Assembly (NCBI GenBank): GCA_950072105.1
Contig: CATMOE010000005.1
Span: forward strand, 32,001 to 96,000
Direction of reading: 5' to 3'
Length of the DNA stretch: 64,000 nt
Source of the DNA: an uncultured Dehalococcoidia bacterium
Lineage (GTDB): Bacteria; Chloroflexota; Dehalococcoidia; Lucifugimonadales; UBA3495
The notes under the pieces were generated by a model. It saw nothing but the letters and a program-made list of their open reading frames with translations, searched no databases and was not told where the DNA came from. Both the position numbers and the translations under genes were made by a program. Of this stretch, positions 1 through 9,221 are shown one piece after another. Each line of letters begins with the position of its first letter. The first letter of the stretch is position 1.

Positions 1-158
1 AGTACGATGTTCTTGAAACGCACCCCTTTTTATTCGAAAGAGATGTATCGTTATCATTCGGGTTAGACGACCCATGGTGGTAAGATTTCCCCTCGGGGCA
101 CTTAGAAGCTGAGAATCCTAAGCCGAGGATTCGCCGTATTTGCCGTTGGGAGACCTCG

Positions 159-365
159 ATGTTCCGCCCCGTGGCCTGCCCATTGAGAGCATTAATATTC
201 ACGATCTTTGCTCTTTTGACTCTTGGCGTAGCTGCTAGCGTCGCTGAGCCGACCCAGGTCCCTACCGCCGTTCCTCAGGTCGAACCTACGCCTGTTGATA
301 CTCCTGACGTAAGCGCGACCGTCATCGCCGCGATAGCAGCGACGGCCGAAGCCCAGAACCAGTAA
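159..365 (+). CDS. small secreted Pro/Thr-rich protein (possibly a truncated lipoprotein N-terminus)
   Basis: GGGAG upstream; hydrophobic signal-like segment followed by PT-rich linker and TPDVSATVIAAIAAT. Confidence 0.45.
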   Translation: MFRPVACPLRALIFTIFALLTLGVAASVAEPTQVPTAVPQVEPTPVDTPDVSATVIAAIAATAEAQNQ

Positions 366-602
366 GATGCCTGACTTGGCGTTGTAACCCAACGTTGCAG
401 CCCCCCAAGAAAGCCTCTGTAGTCATTCATTGTGACGCAGCTAAGGAGCAATCTCCACTACCCGATGGCGGATCGGCTTTAAGCTCTTTGGTGGGATATT
501 GTTGAGGAAAGGCTGCATAGGGGGTGGCGGTTTCGCGGCAAGAAAGGGGCCGAATCGCCTATTTTCGTGGTGATGACCAGCCATTTGGCGGGCGTCAAAG
601 GG

Positions 603-2042
603 CTACTTGCGGAACTTGTCCAGGGGCAGTTTGTCCACGGGAATCTTATCCAAAGGCAACTTGTCCAATGGAAGCTTACCCACAGGCAGCTTGTCGACGG
701 AGAAATCACTCAAAAGGCCGTCTAAAGGGGTATCTTCCAACTCGAGCTTGTCCACAAGACTGTCCAAAGGAATTGCATCTATGGGAACGTTATCGACGAA
801 AATCTTGCGCACTGGGGCCATCTTGGTCCAAGGAGGCATCTTCAATTCCGGAAATTCCGTGGGGAGTTTATCCACGGGTATCTTCTCTATGGTGACCTGG
901 TCCAGGGGAATGTTTTCCCATGGGATGCTGTCCTTTGGAACCACCTGCCACGCTTTTCTGGACGACTCTCTCTCGGCGTCGGCAGCGGTAACCAACCACC
1001 CAACGTTCAAGCAGGGATCGCTGTCGAAGGAATTGGACGGATCGCAACTGGATTGTAGCTCTCTCAAGGAGGCGTAATAGGATTTGAGGACGTGTTTAGG
1101 AAAGTCCAATAGCTGGAATAGGGCACTGGACTGGATGTCGTCCGGGGCCAACTGCGCGCCTTCCCCGTCGAACTGCAGTAGTTTGCCCACGTGCTCGTAG
1201 TCGATGAGCATCCCCGGGATGCGCGGAATAGGGTCGCCGTCCACGACCACCCGGTAGTTGTCCGGCACCAACTCTTCATAGGCCTGGCGGAACTTTTTCC
1301 CGCCGACCCTGGGCTGGCCGAAGGTGTAAACCGTGACCGGCCTCTGGGTGTGGGCCGCGATATCGAAGCTGCTCAAAACGGCCAGGGCGCCGCCCAGGCT
1401 GTGCCCTGTCACGTATATGTCCTTATCCGGGTGTTGGCCCACGTACTCAAGGATACGGTTCCGGTAGCGCAGATATTCGTTGTGGAAACCGGCATGAACG
1501 TTGATTTTCCGGTATTCCTTGGCGTTGGGCACAGAATCGTCGATGAAGTCGATTTTGGTGGGGTAGGCTCTGATGTCGGTCAAGACGTTCAAGGTCAGCT
1601 CCCAGCCGTCGTCGGAATCCGTGGAGCGAAAGGCAACCACCAGGTTATCGCCGGTGGTGGCGACGTAGGCTTGGCCACCGCTCATGGGAGGCGACTCGAC
1701 TCCCCAGATGTCTATCCCACTTCCCTCTTGATTGGTATCTCGGATTACTTCTCCCACCAACTCATACCGATTGTCGGCCAGCTTGTCCTTGATCGTGTCT
1801 TCGTCGGCCAAAACCCAGATGGTGTGTCGAAACATCCGCACTGCGTTTGTGGCGACATCCAGGCCGAATTCCTTTACGGCTTCATCGATGCTTTCTTCCA
1901 GTGCGGCCAACTTTTCCTGGACGGACAGCTGGGTAACCGAGGGAGGGTTCTCCGCGACCGCCACGGTCGGCGCTGACCCTCCGCAGGCCATCAAAAGCAT
2001 TGTCATCAAGCCGGACATGCCGGCGAAGGTCATCCGCAACAT
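603..2042 (-). CDS. lipase class 3 family lipoprotein with C-terminal (L/V)DK(L/I)P repeats
   Basis: lipobox LMA-C; VHAGF, VTGHSLGG nucleophile elbow, TFGQPRVG, DPIPRIP, YEHVG. Confidence 0.9.
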   Translation of the reverse strand: MLRMTFAGMSGLMTMLLMACGGSAPTVAVAENPPSVTQLSVQEKLAALEESIDEAVKEFGLDVATNAVRMFRHTIWVLADEDTIKDKLADNRYELVGEVIRDTNQEGSGIDIWGVESPPMSGGQAYVATTGDNLVVAFRSTDSDDGWELTLNVLTDIRAYPTKIDFIDDSVPNAKEYRKINVHAGFHNEYLRYRNRILEYVGQHPDKDIYVTGHSLGGALAVLSSFDIAAHTQRPVTVYTFGQPRVGGKKFRQAYEELVPDNYRVVVDGDPIPRIPGMLIDYEHVGKLLQFDGEGAQLAPDDIQSSALFQLLDFPKHVLKSYYASLRELQSSCDPSNSFDSDPCLNVGWLVTAADAERESSRKAWQVVPKDSIPWENIPLDQVTIEKIPVDKLPTEFPELKMPPWTKMAPVRKIFVDNVPIDAIPLDSLVDKLELEDTPLDGLLSDFSVDKLPVGKLPLDKLPLDKIPVDKLPLDKFRK

Positions 2043-2316
2043 AGCCCTTCCCGAAAAACCAAAGAGTTCAGGGCTTTATCATCCGCTATTTGCCACCTCC
2101 GACGCAAGCCGTTTGGAGGTAACCTGCTCTTACTATTGTTATCCAGCTGCCTTCCCCAGATGAGTTGACAGCGTCATCCGATGCTTTACCAACCTCATCC
2201 CGATGTCCCCAGCAATGTCATCCCGAGCGCAGCGAAAGATCTGGCGCGGGCCCCTCTCCCCGGCTTGCTTATCCTTTCCGCGAGGGTGTTATCATGGGGC
2301 CGAAAAGGGGGATGTT

Positions 2317-2511
2317 ATGAATTCATTTATGGACCGGGCCAAACGTAGTGGACTGCCGATTTGGGCCGCCCTGTTCGCCACTCTGATTATACTGGTGGCG
2401 ATCCTAGGCTTCATCATGGGAATGACCACCGTGGTCATGGGCATCGCCATCGTAGGAGCAGTGATTATTGGGGTCAGTGGGCTGGTGGTGCTGCGGAAGT
2501 TTTTTGCGTGA
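2317..2511 (+). CDS. small two-TM membrane protein (64 aa)
   Basis: purine-rich RBS before ATG 2317; two hydrophobic stretches with a basic C-terminus. Confidence 0.6.
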   Translation: MNSFMDRAKRSGLPIWAALFATLIILVAILGFIMGMTTVVMGIAIVGAVIIGVSGLVVLRKFFA

Positions 2512-2590
2512 TTGGAGGTGTCAGAAGTAACTCCAAGACAAGCACCATCACAATGTCCGTCTAGAGCTACTCCGGCCCGATGGCGCTAGT

Positions 2591-3115
2591 TTAGGGTAAG
2601 ACTGCACCGGTGCCGGGAGGGAGGTCCCAATTCTGGTTCTGGAGGTCGTGGATGTAGGCCACCTGACCGTGGCGATTGTTCTTGTGTCTGATTAAATGCC
2701 GCAAGTTTCCGGCCACACTCTGCTCGGGCCGGGACGGGCAGATGGGCTGATCAAGGTTGTCGGCCGTCAAATCGCCCAGCAGTCTTCGAATTCGCTCGCC
2801 GACAGCTTGAGAGTAACCCAATAAAACGGTCAGGTCCGGTATAGCCAACACCCGGAGGCTCATCCGATCAGCTGGATCCGGCGCATCCACGGGCTGGCCA
2901 AACTTCTCATGCCAACCGCCCACAACGTAGACCCGTTTTCCAGTCGGGGTATCAGATTGTCCTCGGCCCGTGTCACATGCCAGAGGATGACTCCGACATT
3001 GTTGGAGTAGGGCGAGCCGGCAAAGCACTTCTTCTTGGGTTAGATCCTCGCAGGTCTCTCTAAGCCTGATCGGTGCCTGCTCCAAACAGTCCGAGATAAA
3101 ACTTACCGAGGCCAC
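2591..3115 (-). pseudogene. DinB-family protein, frameshifted
   Basis: C-terminal LRHLIRHKNNRHGQVAY is in the ORF frame; the conserved NNVGVILWHVTRAED segment lies in another frame (~2918-3010). Confidence 0.75.
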
Positions 3116-3624
3116 AGCGCCCCCATACACCTGCCTACCAAGGCGTTTACGGTTCCTCAGGTTAGGAATTATACCCAGGCAAAGCAATCCCAGGAAACTT
3201 GGCAAGCTGGCCCGCTTTGTCAAATTCACCGAGGGGCCATGCTCCAAGGCCTACCCTTCCCACTTTAGATCTGAGGGCTGCTAAGCAACACGCGGTTTAA
3301 AATGCCGAATGAACCCAAAGTTAGCTAGATTCTATTCTTTCGACTTGATATTCTTTGTTTACCAGTAAGAATATCGACGGGTTCTACCGGATCACGAGAT
3401 GAAGTAGGATCGGTGAGGGTTGACAGCCTATATTAGGCATTGTCCGACCGGGGGGCACGACCAGAACCCTTGGTGCTACGCCGGTGGTCTCAGTTGACAC
3501 TCTGCCATTGCCACCAAATCCCCCCTATCCCGGCGCAGTCAGGTTTTAAACTTCACCTGCTTCATTCTGGCGTGTTCCCGGATTTTTTGGGTCACGTTAT
3601 GGATTGGAGTGTTAGATAGACTGT

Positions 3625-3653
3625 AAAAGGCCACCTTAATCGGTGTCCTCTTT
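3625..3653 (-). terminator. imperfect terminator-like hairpin downstream of tRNA-Sec fragment B
   Basis: AAAAGGCCACC-TTAATC-GGTGTCCTCTTT. Confidence 0.4.
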
Positions 3654-3682
3654 AGTTCATTGTGAACCAAAATTAAAATAAA

Positions 3683-3752
3683 TGGCGGGAGTGCGAGGGG
3701 GTCGAACCCACCTGCCCAGCTCGTCACGAGGTATGACGGATTTGGAGTTCGC
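3683..3752 (-). repeat. degenerate 3' half of tRNA-Sec (att-like copy B)
   Basis: 62/70 identical to 8412-8481 by manual alignment; no 5' tRNA half. Confidence 0.9.
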
Positions 3753-4259
3753 TCATAGAGGTACCGATAGGTTTTTCTAGCGCTGTACGGTTTGTATTTC
3801 GTGCCTAACATGGGCTGACTCGTCCATATGGTCATGTTCGTTGGTGGGAAGTTCTTGCACATTTCCGTGCACATTTTTTCGAGGCCGGAAGTGGGGCGAT
3901 CAGCTAATCCGATTAGATGTCGTTCCGAGGATGATTCTCATAAAGAGTCAATGGCTCGAGCGGATATTCTTAACCCGTCAAATTATTGATCTTCCTGAAA
4001 TTTTTATCGGGATCGAGCATCTCTGATTCCTTAATCTAAAAAACCCCTTCCAGCGGCTACCGTCTACACGATTTCCTCCGATTCGCTAGCATGAAGTTCC
4101 AACAATGATATGAGTTCACTGTCAGGCTTAGACGTAGGACTAGGCAATGTCAATTTGGCTAGCATATAATCGGTATTGATTCTTATGGCCTGGACGATAG
4201 TTAAATATCTCTTGCCAACTTGTATCACCACGTGAAACTTAGTTATCAAGGAGAGGAAC

Positions 4260-6488
4260 ATGCCAGAAGCGTCCCAGATCATTTACACCAAGATCGATGA
4301 GGCCCCGGCCCTAGCATCGCACTCGTTGTTGCCTATCCTCCGGGCCTTTACCAAGGGGTCCGGGATTGAACTGGAGGCCTGGGATATCTCGTTGACCGGC
4401 CGCATCATCGCCAATTTCCCAGATAATCTGACCGAAGAGCAAAAGCTCCCCGATTATCTGTCTATGTCGAGTGTACTGTGCGACGACCCGTCGGCGAACA
4501 TAATCAAACTGCCCAATATCAGTGCCTCTATTCCCCAGTTAAAAGGCGCGCTCAAGGAGTTGCAGGAAAAGGGATACGATATCCCCGACTACCCCGATGA
4601 GCCTGTGACCGACGAACAACACAAATTGTTCGAGCGGTTTTCCAGAGTGTTGGGAAGCGCGGTAAACCCGGTGCTGCGGGAAGGGAACTCCGATCGCCGG
4701 TCGGCCACCGCAGTCAAGGAGCACGGTAAGCGCAATCCGCATCGGATGATGCGGGACTGGCCGGAGGTTTCTAAATCCCGCGTTGCCCACATGACCAGTG
4801 GGGATTTCTACGGCAGTGAACAGGCCGTGACGATTTCGGCGGCGGGTTCGGCGGTGATTGAGTTCGTGGACCTAAATGGGCGTGGGACCGTGCTCAAATC
4901 CGATATTCCCTTGACCGCTGGTGAAATCATCGATTGTGCCGTGATGGATATCAGGGAGCTGCGCGCATTCTACGCTGAAGAGATGGACAAGGCCAAAGCT
5001 GATGGCGTGTTGCTTTCTCTACATCTGAAGTCGACCATGATGCGCGTGTCCGATCCGATAATTTTCGGACATTGTGTGTCGATTTTCTATGAGGACGTGT
5101 TTAAGAAACACGCGGCTGAGATGGATGAGATTGCCGTGAACCCTGACAATGGAGTGGCTGAACTCTACACCAAGATTCGGGATCTGACCGACGAAAAACG
5201 AGAGGAGATCGAGGCAGATATCCAGGAGGTTTATCGCGTCCGTCCCGAATTGATGATGGTGGACTCCAACCGGGGTATCACCAATCTGCACGTGCCGAGC
5301 GATGTGATTATCGATGCCACCATGCCGGTGATGGTCCGCGATGGCGGAAAAACCTGGGGCCCGGATAACGAGCTGCACGACACGGTCGCAATGATTCCTG
5401 ATCGCTCTTATGCGACCCTATATCAGGCGATTATCGAAGATTGCCAGGAGCATGGGGCGTTCGATCCGGCCACCATCGGCAGTGTCGCGAATGTCGGCCT
5501 GATGGCCCAAAGGGCCGAAGAATATGGGTCTCACGACAAGACCTTTCAATCTCCCGGTAACGGGACGATTCGGGTGGTGGACGCCTCAGGCACGACTCTG
5601 ATGGAACAGCGCGCCCAAGAAGGCGATATCTTCCGAATGTGCCAGACCAAGGACGAGCCGATCCAGGACTGGGTCAAGCTTGGAGTCAATCGGGCTAGGT
5701 TGACCGGCACGCCGGCCATCTTTTGGTTGGACCCGAACCGGGCTCACGACGCCGAGCTGATCAAGAAGGTGGACCAATATCTGCCCACGCACGACACGGC
5801 AGGGTTGGAAATTCGCACTATGTCTACTATCGATGCGATGGCATTTACGATGGGGCGCAGCCGAGCCGGCCAGGACACGATCTCCGTGACCGGCAACGTG
5901 CTGCGTGACTACCTGACCGACCTCTTCCCCATCCTGGAATTGGGTACCAGCGCCAAGATGCTTTCCGTGGTCCCTCTGCTCAAAGGTGGTGGGATGTTTG
6001 AGACGGGCGCCGGCGGTTCGGCCCCACGGCACGTACAGCAGTTCCTGCAGGAGGGGCATCTGCGCTGGGATTCTCTGGGTGAATTCTGTGCCCTAGTCGC
6101 TTCCTTCGAGCATCTAGGTCAGGTATTTGACAACGACAAGGCTAAGCTCCTGGCCGCGACCCTGGATCAAGCGATCGGGCAGCATTTGGAACACAATCGG
6201 GCACCATCGCGCCGGGTGAACGAACTTGACACCCGAGGCAGTCATTTCTACCTTGCTCTATACTGGGCGGAAGCGCTGGCCAAGCAGACCCAAGATCCAG
6301 AGCTGCAAGCCCGCTTTGCCGGAGTAGCTAAGCAGTTGGGCGACAACGAAGACAAGATCGTTCAGGAGCTTAACGACGCTCAGGGACATCCGGTGGACAT
6401 CGGTGGGTATTACCTTCCCAATGATGATATGACCGCCAAATGCATGCGCCCCAGCGCCACTCTGAACGCAATCGTGGACGCGCTCTAA
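4260..6488 (+). CDS. icd: NADP-dependent isocitrate dehydrogenase, monomeric type
   Basis: 742 aa; [83 protein letters not shown]. Confidence 0.98.
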   Translation: MPEASQIIYTKIDEAPALASHSLLPILRAFTKGSGIELEAWDISLTGRIIANFPDNLTEEQKLPDYLSMSSVLCDDPSANIIKLPNISASIPQLKGALKELQEKGYDIPDYPDEPVTDEQHKLFERFSRVLGSAVNPVLREGNSDRRSATAVKEHGKRNPHRMMRDWPEVSKSRVAHMTSGDFYGSEQAVTISAAGSAVIEFVDLNGRGTVLKSDIPLTAGEIIDCAVMDIRELRAFYAEEMDKAKADGVLLSLHLKSTMMRVSDPIIFGHCVSIFYEDVFKKHAAEMDEIAVNPDNGVAELYTKIRDLTDEKREEIEADIQEVYRVRPELMMVDSNRGITNLHVPSDVIIDATMPVMVRDGGKTWGPDNELHDTVAMIPDRSYATLYQAIIEDCQEHGAFDPATIGSVANVGLMAQRAEEYGSHDKTFQSPGNGTIRVVDASGTTLMEQRAQEGDIFRMCQTKDEPIQDWVKLGVNRARLTGTPAIFWLDPNRAHDAELIKKVDQYLPTHDTAGLEIRTMSTIDAMAFTMGRSRAGQDTISVTGNVLRDYLTDLFPILELGTSAKMLSVVPLLKGGGMFETGAGGSAPRHVQQFLQEGHLRWDSLGEFCALVASFEHLGQVFDNDKAKLLAATLDQAIGQHLEHNRAPSRRVNELDTRGSHFYLALYWAEALAKQTQDPELQARFAGVAKQLGDNEDKIVQELNDAQGHPVDIGGYYLPNDDMTAKCMRPSATLNAIVDAL

Positions 6489-6541
6489 TAGCACGCCGGC
6501 TGGCTGAGGCGCGGTCTTCGGCCAGCCGGTCACAATTCGGC

Positions 6542-6582
6542 AAAAAGAAGCTCCCGGCCGTTACAGTCAGGGGCTTTTTCTT
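6542..6582. terminator. bidirectional terminator-like hairpin after icd
   Basis: AAAAAGAAGCTCC...GGGGCTTTTTCTT. Confidence 0.65.
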
Positions 6583-6618
6583 ATTCGAAAGCAGGCGATT
6601 TCGTGCCTAATCAAGTGT

Positions 6619-6685
6619 TGGCGGGAGTGCGAGGGAGTCGAACCCACTTACCCCGCTCGTCTCGAGGCACAACGGATTTGAAGTC
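6619..6685 (-). repeat. 3' half of tRNA-Sec (att-like copy A)
   Basis: 65/67 identical to 8412-8478; runs from just before the anticodon loop to CCA. Confidence 0.95.
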
Positions 6686-7011
6686 TCTTAGCAACGGTGT
6701 TTAGCTATGCCGTTGGATGTTGTGTCGTAGGCCGGTTGTAGCTAACAACACGGGGCAACACGGTTCGATCGGCAACGAACGTGCACCTTCTGTGCACATC
6801 AAGGCTTCTGCTCTCTAGCCCGCGATCTCCGCCTTGAGAGAGCCATGCTTTACATGTTGTTCTATATTGCCAGATATGTTTTTAGAACAACCTGTCCGAC
6901 TCCTTTTCGCTCGTTTGTATCTGTAGTGTTGCCGGGTGTTGCTACGTGTTAACATGTTTGACAGTAAAATGGCAGCAAGGATAACCGATTTTACTTCGTA
7001 CTGAAATTGTT

Positions 7012-7097
7012 TTCCCCGCAGCCCTCTTTCCGTTGCTCTTTGTGAGCAGCAATCGCATGTTTGGCTTGAGGTTCCGCTCTAGCTGTACCCCAGGCGC
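7012..7097. repeat. 86-bp direct repeat, copy 1 (copy 2 at 7903-7988)
   Basis: 74/86 identical, ungapped; the two copies flank yajQ. Confidence 0.9.
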
Positions 7098-7160
7098 GAT
7101 ATCTCTAAGGGCCTTCGCCCCGACATCCCAGGAACAGGAATCTGAAGGAGCCATCCCGCA

Positions 7161-7646
7161 ATGCCATCATTCGATGTAGTCTCCCGGACCGACCTTATGG
7201 AAGTCGATAACGCCATCCACGGCGTCGAACGTGAGATCAAGCAGCGGTTCGACCTGGCCAACACCAAGTGCGCCGTTTCCCGCTCGGAAAATACGATGAC
7301 GTTGATAGCCGACAACAACATGAAGATGGAACAGGTGGTAGAACTTTTGCGCCTATACCTGGCCAAGCGAAAGGTAGAGTTGGGGGCCCTGGATTTCGGC
7401 ACACCCCAGAACGCTGCGGGCGGCGTTTTGAGGGAGACGGCGTCCATCAAGCAGGGGATCGACGGTGACCTGGGTAGAATTATCAGCAAGGAAGTGAAGC
7501 GCGCCAAGATGAAAGTCCAGGTGACGATCCAAGGCCAGGAACTCCGGGTCTCGGCCAAGAAGAGGGACGACCTGCAGGCGACGATCTCACTGATCAAAGG
7601 GATGGAGAACCAGCAACCTCTGCAGTTCGTGAATTACCGGGACTGA
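7161..7646 (+). CDS. yajQ: YajQ family nucleotide/c-di-GMP-binding protein
   Basis: MPSFDVVS...EVDNA, RFDL, IQGQELRVSAKKRDDLQ, PLQFVNYRD; AAGGAG RBS. Confidence 0.97.
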   Translation: MPSFDVVSRTDLMEVDNAIHGVEREIKQRFDLANTKCAVSRSENTMTLIADNNMKMEQVVELLRLYLAKRKVELGALDFGTPQNAAGGVLRETASIKQGIDGDLGRIISKEVKRAKMKVQVTIQGQELRVSAKKRDDLQATISLIKGMENQQPLQFVNYRD

Positions 7647-7752
7647 CCATGTAGGTATTGGACCAATCACAGGGCCAGTGCCTGTGGACCTGCGGCCCGG
7701 ACCAGGTGGTACTACCTGTCCACCCGCGCCTGCCATCCGGACTACTCACCCT

Positions 7753-8025
7753 TCACGTGGCGTAGGCGGACAAGCTCTGACCAACAGCCCACCGCTTCGT
7801 GCTTTTTAATAATAAGAAGCTTTCCCAGAACCCGAGGATGCCAAGAGCCGCGGGCTGCTTTCGCTGACCACGATCCGCCGAACCAACGCGGGTTAGCTTG
7901 CATTCCCCGCAGCCCTCTTTACGCTGCTCTTTGTGAGCCACAATTGCCTGTTCAGCTTGAAGTTCTGTTCTCGCTGTACCCCAGGCGCCACATCGACACC
8001 GTGGTCGTTAGCGTAATTTGGCCAT
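7753..8025 (-). pseudogene. small Cys/His protein remnant with an in-frame TAA
   Basis: MAKLR*RPRCRCGAWGTARTELQAEQAIVAHKEQRKEGCGECKL; differences from the paralogous copy fall mostly at third codon positions of this frame. Confidence 0.5.
7903..7988. repeat. 86-bp direct repeat, copy 2
   Basis: see 7012-7097. Confidence 0.9.
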
Positions 8026-8358
8026 CAATATTGCTGCCGACGGCTCTCGTCTGCTTACTCGCCTGGAAGGGTAAATTAAAAGATGGCCAGGGATCCTGTA
8101 GGTTTCCTGCCAAGGTGGCGGGAATGACGATAGTGAGCGCTTTTATTTACACTGGAATTGGAAAGATTCCTTGGGTGGTCTGCTTTTGATGGCCAAGCCC
8201 GACTCAGGGGAGTTTAGCGCTGTTGGAGCCTAGTTATCAAATGATGAAGCCGGGCAGAAACGGGGCGGCCTGGCAGCCTCCTTGCTGGCCCTTGATGCCA
8301 AGCTGTCCCGGAAATAGTCTGTGCACATTGGCCCGAGAAAGCGGTAACTGGCCACCCC

Positions 8359-8394
8359 AAAAAGACAGCCCCCGGGCGGTCCCAGGGGCTGTTT
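8359..8394 (-). terminator. intrinsic terminator downstream of tRNA-Sec
   Basis: ACAGCCCC...GGGGCTGT stem, followed on the minus strand by CTTTTT. Confidence 0.75.
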
Positions 8395-8411
8395 GTTGAG
8401 CCTAATTTAAA

Positions 8412-8508
8412 TGGCGGGAGTGCGAGGGAGTCGAACCCACCTACCCCGCTCGTCACGAGGCACAACGGATTTGAAGTCCGCAAGAGCCACCGGGCCCCTT
8501 CCACTCCC
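8412..8508 (-). tRNA. selC: tRNA-Sec (anticodon TCA)
   Basis: 97 nt; GGGAGTG/CACTCCC acceptor, long D stem with 4-nt loop, GCGGA-CTTCAAA-TCCGT anticodon arm, long variable arm, TTCGA loop, G discriminator plus CCA. Confidence 0.93.
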
Positions 8509-8528
8509 CCGATAAACTGCTGGTCTGT

Positions 8529-8858
8529 TTAGCTGGCCAGCACCGCGTCAATCTTGCTCTTCAAGACTCCCTTGGGGACCGCGCCGACTATCTGGTCAAC
8601 CGGCTGGCCGTTTTTGAAGAAGATCAGGGCGGGTATGCTCCGGATGCCGTACTTCGTGGCGATGGCAGGAGCGGTGTCCACGTCGAGCTTGCCGACATTG
8701 ATCTGACCGTCATATTCTACCGCCATCTCATGTACGGTCGGGGCAATCATCTTACAAGGACCACACCACTCAGCCCAGAAATCCACCATTACGGGCAGAT
8801 CCGACTCTAGCACTTCCGCATCCCAATTGTCCTCGTTGACTTCAAAGGGTTCCGACAT
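8529..8858 (-). CDS. trxA: thioredoxin
   Basis: DFWAEWCGPCK, GIRSIP; GGAGG RBS. Confidence 0.97.
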   Translation of the reverse strand: MSEPFEVNEDNWDAEVLESDLPVMVDFWAEWCGPCKMIAPTVHEMAVEYDGQINVGKLDVDTAPAIATKYGIRSIPALIFFKNGQPVDQIVGAVPKGVLKSKIDAVLAS

Positions 8859-9221
8859 TGTTTATGCCTCCATAGCATTTTGGTTTACGTATACTTAGAT
8901 GCGTTGGGGACCGTTGCGGTTCATTAATTGCCCCAATGGCCCCCCAGATTTGCCCAGTTTATACCCGAGCCAGACCAAGGTCAACATCGGGGAGTCGCTG
9001 CTTGGCGCGCGGGAATCGGCAGCGTCCCCTCCTTAATGAATGAGGGAATTAAGCGGAGGTTTTTCCGCGGAGAGGGGACGACCCCCCTGTAGTCCCCCCC
9101 TCTAAAAAGGGACATATACTTGGTCTCTCGGGAACTGCTAACGTTGTGATTGGCACGGAACTGAACACGAATCATTGGCTTCCGGCCCTCCTTACTTGTA
9201 TATTGTTGTTTAGGTACTTAA

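Larger units (their letters stand above)
3683..6685. mobile_element. integrase-less cassette 2 at tRNA-Sec carrying icd
   Basis: bounded by tRNA-Sec 3' repeats; exact 13-mer ATTTCGTGCCTAA near both ends (3796-3808, 6598-6610); TGCACAT direct repeat 3856-3874. Confidence 0.65.
6619..8478. mobile_element. integrase-less cassette 1 at tRNA-Sec carrying yajQ
   Basis: bounded by 67-bp direct repeat of the tRNA 3' half; TCTGTGCACAT near both ends (6789-6799, 8318-8328). Confidence 0.7.

Noticed and set aside
3..83. Possible 3' end of a gene entering the window (YDVLETHPFLFERDVSLSFGLDDPWW*)
   Set aside because: Too short to support or identify
3340..3420. GGTTCTACCGG plus a GATATTCTT/AAGAATATC hairpin resembling a purine riboswitch
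   Set aside because: The other conserved riboswitch segments and a suitable downstream gene are missing
3683..3790. Copy B has CCA at the anticodon position, suggesting a recoded tRNA-Sec-like tRNA
   Set aside because: No D arm or 5' acceptor strand upstream and the changes are not compensatory; it is a decayed att fragment
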